In this document: in pieces, positions 11,801 through 24,537 of the stretch
Position numbering within the stretch: the stretch's first letter is position 1
Layout: every line of letters starts with the position of its first letter
NCBI GenBank assembly: GCA_951406725.2
Contig: OX597840.1
Coordinates: 16,120,001-16,184,000 of the forward strand
Reading direction: 5' to 3'
DNA: 64,000 nt
From: Octopus vulgaris
Lineage: Eukaryota
Notes under the pieces: generated by a model
What the model was told of the DNA's origin: nothing
The model's input: only the letters and a program-made list of their open reading frames with translations
The model's database searches: none
Made by a program: the position numbers and the translations under genes

Positions 11801-14247
11801 AAAATTGTGCCAAAGTAGACAGTGGGGCTTGGCATAGTCCTTTGGCTTACCAACTCTTGTCAAACCATCCAACCCATGGATGATGGATGTTAAATAAAGA
11901 TGATGATAATGTCATCATCATCATCGTTTAACATCCGCTTTCCATGCTGGCATAGGCTGGATGGCTTGACTGAGGACTGGCAAGCTAGTCAGTTGCACCA
12001 GGCTCCAATCTGATCTGGCAAGGTTTCTACAGCTGGATGCCCTTCCTAACACCAACCACTTTGAGAGTGTAGTGGGTGCTTTTTACATGCCACTGGCACA
12101 GGAGCCAGTCGGCACTGGCATCGACCACGTTCAGATGATACTTTTTATGTGCCACCAGCATGGGTGCCAGTCAGGGGGCACTGGCATCGGTGCTTTTTAC
12201 GTGCCACCAGCATGACTTATATTAATTACAATAATGTATTATATTAAGTGGAGTATTAAACCAGTTAGCTGGCAGAATTGTTAGCATGCTGGATAAAATG
12301 GTTTGTGTTCTGAGTTCAAATACTGCTGAGCTTTGACTTTGCCTTTCGTCTTTAAAGGGTTGATAAAATAAGCACCAGTTAAGCTCAAGTCTAAGTAATT
12401 GACTCTCTCCTTCCTCAAAAATTACCGACCTTGTGTCAAAATTAGAAATTATTAATTAACTGGATTAATTAACATTTCAGGTCTGTTCGCCCGGAGGATG
12501 ATGGTAACTTTCAACATGTTATCGTTGAGTGAAGTGGTCAACATATTCAACCGTTTTCATGCTGAAATGATGAGTATTACTGCTGATAAAGAGAAAAATT
12601 GTAGAGACTCAGTTGGTCCGGACGATGCTTTCAGTCAGGGCAAGACGTTAGTATTGATTGCAGTAACACAGATTGGAATATCTGTCCTTGTTGTGTAGAG
12701 GATGGTTTCTGGGTGTTGTGTGGTGGAGATATTGTAACTTGAATGTGTATTTGTGGATACGTAAAAAGAACTAGGGTGACACGAGAAAAGCACTGGTGAT
12801 GGTGCCACATAAAAAGCACCTAGTATGCACTGTAAAGTGGTTGGCATGAGGAAGGGCATCCAGCTGTAGAAACCAAGCCAAATCAGACTTTGTACCTGTT
12901 GTGGCACCTGGCCTTACCAGTTCCTATCAAGCCATCCAACCCATGCCAGAATGGAAAATTGACGTTAACCCTTTAGCATTCAGATTACTCTGTCAAATGT
13001 AATGCTTTTTTATTCACATTGTTTTGAATTAATTTTGCATTATCTTGTAAACTTGAGATTTCAATGATGCTATTGCATATTTTTAGAATGACACTGTAGG
13101 GTAGGTGTGTGTGAGTGGCTGGTTGAAGTAGGTAGAATATTTGGGCTGGATATGACTGGTTTAAATGCTAAAGGGTTATAGGATGATGATGATGATGATG
13201 GTGTGTGGTGGTAGTAGTCTGGCCATGTTTTGTAGCAATTGTAACATGGATGCTTGTGTGTGTGTGCATGTGCAAGCACGCATGCAGACTGTGTTGTGGG
13301 TGTTCAGTGTAACCATGTGCGAGTATGTATGTGTACATGTGTGCATTTGTGTGAATGTTGTGTGGTGGTGGGAGTGTAGTGTGGATGTGTTGCATGGCTG
13401 GAGTAAAGTGCAGCCAGGTTATGTGATGGTGTTGGTGATAGTGATGGCAGTGTGGCCCAGAGTGGGGAGAATGGAAATGGAGGGGCAGGCTGGGATCAAG
13501 GTGTGAAGTGTGTGTGTGAGAGCTTCATATATTCCTGCCTAACCAAGCGTTTATATTTCTTGCCCACAACAGACAACCACCCCCTGTGACGTATAAATCT
13601 CAAAAACAGGCAGAATATTACATAGCCAACCAGGTGAGTGTTTTTATTTCTTGGATTTTTTTAATGCTTTTTATGCTCTGTGTTTTTGTTTTACTGCCAG
13701 CTTCATTGCTATTGTCTTCAGCCCAGGTAGAAAGCATCCTCCATAATGTTCACTTCCAGTCATAGAATATCTATAAAACACTTAGTGTGGACTGGATGCT
13801 TTTTGTGTGGTACCAAATACTGGCAGGGTCACCAAGTAACATGCAAGTATATATTCTTTTATTTGTTTCAGTCATTTGACTGCGGCCATGCTGGAGCACC
13901 GCCTTTAATCAAACAAATTGACCCTAGGACTTATTCTTTGTAAACTTAGTACTTATTCTATTGGTCTCTTTTGTGGAACTACTAAGTTACAGGGACGTAA
14001 ACACACCAACATTGGTTGTCAAGCACTGATTGGAGGACAAACACAGACAGACAGACACACACACATGTATAAATCCAATGGGTTTCTTTCAGTTTCTGTC
14101 TGCCAAATCTACTCTCAAGGCATTGGTCGGCCTGAGTCCATAGTAGAAGACACTTGCCCAGGGCACCATGTAGTGGGACTGAACCCGGAACCATGTGGTT
14201 GGTAAGCAAGCTACATACCACACAGCCACAATATGTGTGTGTATATG

Positions 14248-14286
<39 letters not shown>

Positions 14287-17200
14287 TTTCTCAAGATGGC
14301 TACATATTTTTTGTACCATCTCTCTAACTTAACCCTTGCTTGTTCTGTCTATGTTTCATGTTGGCTAAATATTTTTCATACTCTTATTCCTTCCCAGTGA
14401 CTATGGCTTCTGGTGCTCTGTCTGCTACTCATTGCTATTGTCTTCAGCCCAGGTAGAAAGCGCCCTCCATAATGTCCACTTCCGGTCATAGCATATCTAT
14501 AAAACACTTTACTTACATGTTTTCCTCTCTGTTTTTCACGCAATTCATCCAACATAGACGCTTCTTGGATGCCCAGTTATGCATTGCTAAACTAAGATAT
14601 TCTCTTTTTTTTCGATTTTTTTCACGCATTAATTCGCCATTCGCTATAAATACTTTTATTCATCATTATCATCATTTAACGTCCCCTTTCCATGCTAGCA
14701 TGGGTTGGACGATTTGACTGAGGACTGGCGAACCAGATGGCTGCACCAGGCTCAAATCTGATCTGGCAGAGTTTCCACAGTTGGATGCCCTTCCTAATGC
14801 CAACCACTCTGTGAGTGTAGTGGGTGCTTTTATGTGCCCCTAGCACAAGGGCCAGTCAAGTGGTACTGGCAATGGCCACGCTCAAGTGGTGTTTTTTACG
14901 TGCCACCTGCGCAGGAGCCAGTCCAGCGGCACTGGCAACGACCTTGCTCGAATGTTTTTCACGTGCCAGTGAGGCAGCGCTGGCAATGATCCCGTTTGAA
15001 TGGTGCTTTTTATGTTCCACTGGCACGGAAGGCAGTCAGCTGCTCTGGCAGCGATCATGCTCAGATGGTGCTCTTAGCGCTCCACTAGCATGGGTGCCAG
15101 TCATCAAATTTGCGAATTTGATTTGATTTTGATTATTTACTAATATCTACTATCGTAAGCTAATTATTTAAATTGACTCTTCAATATATCACATGATGAT
15201 GTGGACAATTGTTCTGGGACCCCAGAAATGCACAGCTAACAATTTCCAAGCCTGGAACAATGATATCTCGGCACTGTATGGATTTCGCAAGGACCATAAA
15301 GTAACCACTGACCCTATAGCAGGACCACCAACAAGACCAGTCTGTGGAGTGAATATCGCTAGCAACTACAGAATCTCCTACTTCCTCTCAATGATCATAC
15401 GCCCTATAATCCGGATGTCACCTGATTATAACTGTAACAACACTTGCAACCTGACAGGATGTATGGTGGGTAGCATGGATGTAGTATCCCTATACCCATC
15501 GATCGACGTGGATTTTGCGGTGGAGAAGTGCGTGGAGATGATCAACGAGAGCCTGGTGGAGTTCCGTAATGTCAACACAGAGGAACTGGGCCTCCTACTT
15601 AGACTGACATATGACAATGAATACCTATATAAACATGATCTTAGTAGTTTCTGCCCCAGTAGACGTTTAAGAAGTAGACCACCCACAATTACTTCTATGG
15701 CTAGGAAGACCCATATAGAGAGACAGAGCGGATGGACCAGAGCCATACGGAGCCCCGCAAATGTCCATCAGGTAAAGAAAATGATCGCACATGCACTAGG
15801 AGCTAGTATAAGAGTTACCCTAAAAGGCCACACGTTTAAGTTTAACAATAAAATATATGCCTAGGACGAGGGGGCAGCCATCGGCGTTAGTTTCTCTGGT
15901 GATGTGGCCAACCTTTTCATGGTATGGTGGGACAGAAGGCTTAAGGAACGCCTAACACAGAACTCCATACTTGTGAACATGTACTCTCGCTATGTTATCA
16001 ACATAGTGGTAAAGGCACCCCCACAAGAGAGTACTGTTGAAATAGAAATAGAAACTAATACTATGGAGAGCATCCAGCAAATAGCTAACTCCATCCACCA
16101 GAGTATTAAGGTCACAATAGACTACCCTACTAAACACCCCAACCATAGACTACCAGTACTAGACACAGAACTCTGGCTAGAAACTGTGAATAATAAAACC
16201 CAAATCCTTCATTCGTACTATGCCAAACCTATGGCCTCCAAATACTTGATCCACCGGAACTCAGCCATTGCGGACAATGCCAAATTCAATATTTTGATGG
16301 CAGACCTCGTCAGAATAATGAGAAATGTGTCCTGCATGTGCGAGCCTACAGAGTTAAAGAGACACATACAACATTTCATTCACCGCATGCAGTTCTCAGG
16401 TTACAGCCATAAAGAAAGGATCAGAGTATACAAAGGAGCCATGAAGAAACTTGATAATATCTTATGTAATGATGGGAATGGGATTTGCCCACTCTATAGG
16501 AACAAGTCATGGAACACTATGGAAAGGACAAAGAAGAAAATAGGGAAGGCCAACTCTTGGTATGATAGCCACAAATACCAGAGTGTCATGTTCGTTGACA
16601 CCACCCCTGGAGGTGAACTGGCGTACCGCTTTAGAAGGACCCTAGACAAACTGGAGGTGAACTGGCGTACCGCTTTAGAAGGACCCTAGACAAACTTAAG
16701 CTAAGGATTAAGGTTGTTGAAAAGCCAGGCAACCCTATCAAATCCATAATCAGTAGAACCCCCTGTACGGATAGGTACTGTACTATGTGTAGATTTAGCC
16801 CACAAACAAACTGTAAAGCCAGAAATGTAGTCTATAGTATAAGATGTATAGAGGGATGATGCAGTAACAAGACAACGACATACGTAGGGGAAACGGCAAG
16901 AAGCATAGGAGAGCGGGTAAATGCACATTGGAGAGAACTTAAGGAAGGAAAGAGCTCATCTATTCTGTACCAACACGCCGAGCAGGAACACGGGGGATCA
17001 ATCAACAACATAGAAGTTAAAATCTTGTCCACACATAGAACAGACGCAACAATCAGACAAATTACGGAAGCTACACACATAATAGAAGATAAACCTAGCC
17101 TGAATAGGAAACTTGAATGGAACACTAGCACACACCACAACATATGACAGAAGAGGATCCCCATAAACTGGTTACAATATAAACAAAACTGAAAACATAA

Positions 17201-17815
17201 TAAAATAAAATACACTGATAAATAAACAAATGGAAGTATATAACTATATAGGTTTTTTTTATATTTAAAATTTTTTTATTTATTTATTTTTTAAATCTAT
17301 TTTTTAATTTTTATTTATTTAAAAAAATTTTTTTATTATTATTATTATGACTAGTATTGTTATACATACATACAAGCATACGTAATAATAATGATAATAA
17401 TAATAATAAGTGGATGTAAGCACATGAACAAGATAAGAAAAAACAAAAACAAATTACACGAACATATATAAACAGAAGATACAAATATTACAGGCACCCC
17501 CCCTCCCCCCACACACTAAATAAACATAGATGCACATAGAGATATAAGCATGCGCAAATGAAGACATACAATAGAAATACAAAATGGCTGATGGTTAGTA
17601 AGGAGAGAGACACAATTAAGTAAGAAGAAAGCAAAGGACCACTGATGCGGTCACAGGAGTGTGACGAAAAAACTCTGGCCAAAATAAGATTAAGATTAAT
17701 TTAAAAAATAACACTGAAGCAAAGTAACACCAAATATATAGTGCGTGTGTTTTTATTGGCTAAACTTGCAATATGACCATTCTGAAATATAACAATATAT
17801 ATATATATATTTATG

Positions 17816-17852
<37 letters not shown>

Positions 17853-20205
17853 ATGTATATATACATATATGTATGTATGTATATATATAGATGTATACAC
17901 ACATGCATGTTGGGCTTCTTTCAGTTTCTGACTTTATATCTATCAGATCCACTCACAAGGCTATTTATTGTAAAAGTCACTTGCCCAAGGTGCCATGTGG
18001 TGGGACTGAACCTGGAATCATGTGGTTTGGAAGCAAGCTTCTTACCACACAGCCACACCTATTGATTTTAATATTGTTTTCATTATGTTTCCTTCATCTT
18101 CTCTGTTCAGGCATTCCTCATTCACCATAATGTCACTAAAGCTGCACCACCCAATGAATTACAAGAGCGGATCAGAAACTTACTTAAAGAGAATCCAAAT
18201 TTAGCAGAAGCTGTAAGTATGGTTGTTTGTTTTACTTCTATTGTTCCGTGATAGCATGGGTTGGGTGAACACATTATTGAAATGTTATTTCGAAACCTGA
18301 TATTCTTGCTGTTGCTAACTCTTACCTGTTTTTCAAGTAAGGGATCTCTTATTTCAGACATTTTCATGCTTAACTGCTAAATTACAGTGATGTAAACACA
18401 CCAACATTGATTGTCAAGCAGTGTTGTGTGTGTGTGTGTGGGGGGAGGGAACGCAGACACAGGACACACAAGCAGATGTATATTATATATATATATATGT
18501 GTGTGTGTGTGTGATGAATATATGAATTTATATCCATTTCTATTCAACAGTTAATTACTTCTTTTCGTTTCTTCACCTACACATGTTTCTGCAGCAATTA
18601 ACTATTGCACACTGCAAAATTTGCATCTTTATGTACACTTATTGTTAGTTGTTACTTCTTCAGGGTGGATACAACCACATTGTTCAGATAGAATCTAATT
18701 TAATGGAGTGTGCATTAGTTAATTGCTGCAGAAATGAAAAATAATTTACTGCTGAATAAAACTGGATATACACTGTGGCCATGCTGGAGCACTGCCTTTA
18801 GTCGAGCAAATCGACCCCAGGACTTATTCTTTGTAAGCCTAGTACTTATTCTGTCCGTCTCTTTTGCTGAACCGCTAAGTTACGGGGACATAAACACACC
18901 AGCATCGGTTGTCAAGTGATGTTGCGGGGGGCAAACACAGACACACAAACATATACACACACCCACTCACACACACACACATATATAAATAAATAACCCC
19001 CCCCCCCCACACACACACACATGATGGGCTTCTTTCAGTTTCTGTCTCCCAAATCCACTCACAAGGCTTTGGTGGCCTGAGGCTATAGTAGAAGACAATT
19101 GCCAAGTGCCCCACAGTGGGACTGAACCCAGAACCATGTGGCTGGGAAGCAAACTTCATACCACATAACCATGCCTGCACCTACTGTGTTTGTGTTAACA
19201 TATTTAATGCAGGGATTATTAAAGTTTTAACTAATGCTCCCTTGTTGTTGTTGTTGCTGCTGTCATTTAGCCTTGGGTGGGCTGTTATCAAGAATAGATG
19301 CACCTTCATTCATTTATCTGTGTTTTTATTGAGGTTTTGGTGAAGGTCATGACCTTTGATTCTCTTCTTCTTTATCCTCAGCACTTCTTGAGTTACTTAA
19401 ACAACATCCGTGTCAAAGAATTCTGCACAGCTTCTCACAACCTCTATCACTATTTTGACCGATATGTCCTGCCGTCAGTGGACCAAAGCAATGTCCAGCA
19501 GTTCAAAACTAAAGAGAATATTGATGACAGCAACCGTCGTTATGCTGCACTGAATCTTGCAGCTTTGCACTTTAGTTTTGGACACAAGTAAGTCCCATTG
19601 ATTTTTCAGTTAGACCTTGAACTTGTTTTATCTTGTACTTATTTCAGTCATTGGACTGCGGCCATGCTGTGACACAGCCTTGAAGGATTTGTTTGAATAG
19701 ATCAACCTCAGAACTTATTGCTAAAGTCATCATGATTGTCATTCTACACCCATTTTTCCATGCTGGCCTGGGTTGGACAAAATACATGCTCCTGTGTCTG
19801 GAATTGAACCTTCTCTCCTCTCCCCCCAGGCTGCCTGGGTGAAAGCCAGAAATGCTAATCACTCAACCACATGTGAGTCTGGTACTTGTTATCTTGGTCT
19901 CTTTTGCTGAACTGTGAAGTTATGGGGACATAAGCAAACTCTATACCGGTTGTCAAGTGGTGCAATGGGGACAAATACAAACACACACACACACACACAC
20001 AATTCAAATAATAAGACAAAGAAAAACTTTAGACGTAGGAGTGGCTGTGTGGTAAGTAGCTTGCTTACGAACCACATGCTTCTGGGTCAGTCCCACTGCA
20101 TGGCATCTTGGCCAAGTGTCTTCTGCTATAGCCTCGGGCTGACCAAAGCCTTGTGAGTGGATTTGGTAGACGGAAACTGAAAGAAGCCTGTCGTATATAT
20201 ATATG

Positions 20206-20236
<31 letters not shown>

Positions 20237-23200
20237 TTTTGTGTCTGTGTTTGTCCCCCCAACATTGCTTGACAACCGATGGTGGTGTTTATGTCCCCCG
20301 TAACTTAGCGGTTCGGCAAAAGAGACTGATAGAATAAGTACTAGGCTTACAAAGAATAAGTCCTGGGGTCGATTAGCTTGACTAAAGGCGGTGCTCCAGC
20401 ATGGCCACAGTCAAATGACTGAAACAAGTGAAAGAGTATATCGTTATTGACCAGTTACAAGTGTTTCTGTTCCACCACTGCTTTCGTTGCCAGTTTATGC
20501 AAAAGTTTAAAGTGAAAATTTATGTAATATTTGTAGTTTTATATTTCATGTGTCTTTACATTGAGTTCAAATTCTGCTGAGGTCGACTTTGCCTTTCATC
20601 CTTTCGGGTTTGATAAATTAAGTACCTGTTGTGTATTGGGGTCGATCTAATCAACTGCTTCTCCTCCCCAAATAAAATTTTGGGCGTTGTGCCTAGAGTA
20701 GAAAAGAATATTTGCAGTTTTAAACATCAGAGTGGCATTTCCTCAGAGCTGCATCAAAGGTGTGCTCATACATGGTGCATCTGTCAGACTTTGTGTTTTA
20801 CTTGTATTGGGAGGAAAGAAAAATCAAGTAAATATGTAGTCATGCTGGGGCAGTGCCCTGAAAGGTTTAGCGAAACAATCATCCCCTGCACATAGTTTTT
20901 TCAGTCTGGTGACTGAAACTAGCAAACGGTAAAAGTTACATACACACACACACACACACAGAGGTGTGTGCTCTTCTACAGCAGCACACCTGTTTCTGCC
21001 CTCATTCTTGATCACTCTCTCTCTTCTTGCTCTTCCCTCTGGCTGGGTAACCAGGTATCTCCTTTAGAGCAGTACACCTGTTTCTGTCCTCATGCTTGTT
21101 AACTCTCTCTCTCTCTCTCACTGGTCTGCCTCTCTAACACACTCTAACCTTTTGGCCATCTGGCACAAGATCACCTCCTCCAATGCCCCCTCCCCTCTCA
21201 AAGATTCTTTGTCCTGCAAGTTACCTGGTGACCCTGCCAGAACTGGTACCACTTAAAAAGTGCCCAGTCCTCACTGTGAAGTGGTTGGCATTTGGAAGTG
21301 CATCCAGCTGTAAAAACCATGTCAAAACAGACCTCACCTGTGCTGATGCCACTCTGCAGGACGGCCGGTGTTAGGAAGGGCAGCATCCAGGTGTAAAACC
21401 CTTGCCAAAACAGACACAGAAGTTTGGCATAGTCTTCTGCTTGGCCAGCTACTGTCAAACTGTCCAACCCATGTTAAATGATGATGTTGACGATGATTGC
21501 TTCATCTTGACAGATGATAGCTGTCTCAAGAACACACATCACAATCCCTCCATTGATGAGCTCTCAGATAACTTTTAAGACCAGCTGCTGTCTGGCAGGG
21601 CTTAAAACACAAGCAACAGATATTATTCAAGTTTCTTTCACATTGGAATCTGATTCTGAAGGAATGTTTCTGTGAGCCAGCATATGTCTTTTTAGCCCAG
21701 ATATTGTCTTACAAGTTTTTGTGACATGTACCTCTCCCAAACAGTTGAAGGAATCTGGGGTAGAGGTAGACCCAGGAAGACATGGGGTGAGGTGGTCGAG
21801 TACGACTTTTGAACGTTGGGCCTCACAGAGGCAATGACGAAAGACCAAGACCTCTGGAGATATGCTGTGATTGCGAAGACCCGACAAATGAATTGAGTTC
21901 ATGGTTCGCAGGATGGCCTGCTGTGCTTATCTTGGATCGTAGGGCGACCTGTTGTGCTTGAGGAGACCTTATTGAGTCAAGTACATCAACATCAAAATAA
22001 AAATCAAATGGAAATTGTAGTTGTGATACCTGTGCCGGTGGCATGTAAAAAGCACCATCCGGAAGTGGCTGATGCCAGCACTGCCTTAACTGGTGTCTGT
22101 GCCGGTGACACGTAAAAAGCACCAACTGATTGTGGCTGTTGCCAGCCTCCTCTGGCCCCTGTGCTGGTGGCACGTAAAAGTACCCACTACGCTCACGAAG
22201 TGGTTGGCGTTAGGAAGGGTATCCAGCTGTAGAAACACTGCCAGATCAGCCTGGAGATTGGTGCAGCCTCCTGGCTTCCCAGACCCCAGTTGAATCATCC
22301 AACCCATGCTAGCATGGAAAATGGATGTTAAACGATGATGATGATGATGATAACACAAGTTGTAAGAGGCAGTTGGAGTTCAAGATTATTAACTACCTGG
22401 GCATTTCGATTTTCATGTGACTTCATATGATTCATGTATCCTGCTTTTGACAACAGAACATTCATACATGCATACAGTTGAACCTTGGCTTATGAATTTA
22501 ATTCAAGATGAGAAATGGCAGATTCGAGCAGGGATGTGCTCTGAGTGAAAGCTAAACAGCTCTCCCGCTTATGCTGCCAGCTTGTGGCCAACCGTTGTTG
22601 CCAGCTTGTGTGTACATTACTCGAAACACTGTTTGTCACCCAAGATGTTTTGTATTTGGAAAATTGTTCATAAACTGAGCTTGCACTGAATGTATGTGTG
22701 TGTCTGTGTGTACGTATGCATGTTTTATGTATGTATGTAACTAACAAATTAGCCAACCAACCATTTGTATTGCTTATTTAACCACCATTAAACCAATTTC
22801 CATCTGTTTTTCAGAGAACAAGCTATTGCAGCCTTACGAGAAGCCATTCGTATGGCTCAGGAAAATAACGATCATTTATGTCTCCAGCACGCTTTGGTAA
22901 GAACAATTAGTTTGGCATTTTCTAGCTTTCTCTTATTCTCTTCATTCCCTTCTCTCTTCTTTGTCATCAACCTGAGCACCTGTCTGTCACTATCCTCCCT
23001 ATCTCTCTTTGCACCTATCTGTCACCTTCCTCTCTCTCTCTCTCTGTTTGCAGTTGTCTGTTGTCTCTTTCTCTATTTCTTTCCATTTGTCTTTCTCCCT
23101 CATTCCCTTCTTCTCATTCCCTTCTTTGTCGTCAACCTGTCTCTTTCTCCCTGCTTGTTCTAATTGATTCTTTCTCTCTCTTTCTTTTACATTATGTCAC

Positions 23201-24482
23201 CTCCTAAGGTGGAGAGCTGGCAGAAATGTTAGCATGCCGGGTGAAATGCTTTCGTCTGTCTTTATGTTCTGAGTTCAAATTCTGCCAAGGTCGACTTTGC
23301 CTTTCAACCTTTAGGGGTCAATGAATTAAGTACCAGTTGCATACTGGAATCAGTACAATTGACAGGCCCCCTCCCCTAGAGTAGAAAAGATTATGTTACC
23401 TCCTCCCCTAACATGCTTTGTCTTGTGGCAACTCCAAGTACGATTATAAGCTAATAAATTAAACTTTCATTTATTCACTGCTTTCAATCCATTTTTCTCC
23501 AGGTTTGGCTGCATCGTCTTGGAGATGAGGGAAGTGCTGAAACAGCAAAACTTATGAAGAGACAAATTTCTCTCCCAGTAAGTATTGAAATATAAAATCT
23601 ACATCATCATCATTTCCATCATCATTGTAATCACTGATCGTCATCATGACCATCATTGTCATATGTCTGTTTACCACACTGGCATGAAGAACTGCTTTCA
23701 ATTATCAGGCAACCCCTATGGACTTAAATGGGGACAGCCCTTATACATAGTTTTCGTTCAGCTAGTTATACTATTAATGTTACTTTTTCTTCTTGAATTG
23801 TCTCTTCTGTCTTTTAGTCGTTTCAGTCATTAGACTATGGCCATGCTGGGGCACTGCCTCGAAGAATTTTTTTGTTGAATGAATTGACTCCACTAATTTT
23901 TTTTTTATGTCTGGTACTTATTTTATCAGTCACTTTTGCGAGACAACTAAGTTATTGGGACTTAAATGAACCAACACCGGTTGGGAGACTTACACAGACA
24001 CAAAGATGCACACAAACATGCGTGTGTGTATTATATGTGTATACATATGCAACGAGTTTCTTTCAGTTTCCGTCTAACCAACCAAATCCACTCACAAGGC
24101 TCTGGTTGGCCTGAGGCTATAGAAGAAGACACTTGCCCAAGGTGCCATGCTGTGGGACTGAACCCAGAACCATGTGGTTGGCAAGTAAGCTTCTTACCAC
24201 ACAGCCATGCCACTTAGGATTTCTGATACTTACATAAATATCTCAACAGTTAACTCTTTATGTTTAGCTGTTGCCAAACCATTGTTAATCTCTCTCTTTA
24301 CTTGTTTCAGTCATTTGACTGCGGACATGCTGGAGCACCGCCTTTAGCCTAGCAAATCGACCCCAGGACTAGTAAGCCTAGTACTTATTCTATCGGTTCT
24401 CTTTTGCTGAACCGCCAAGTTACGGGGATGTAAACACACCAGCATCGGTTGTCAAGCGATGTTGGGTGGTGGTGGGGGACAA

Positions 24483-24537
<55 letters not shown>

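Noticed and set aside
12636-12646. GC-AG donor (CAGG|gcaaga) for ANAPC5 exon 4
   Set aside because: It gives the wrong phase for exon 5. The canonical GT donor at 12647 restores the frame.
16850-16865. In-frame TGA in the Penelope endonuclease as a selenocysteine codon (Naiad-like)
   Set aside because: The endonuclease is C-terminal (Naiads have it N-terminal), the TGA is not at an evident Cys position, and the element has several other disabling lesions. CGA-to-TGA decay is more likely.
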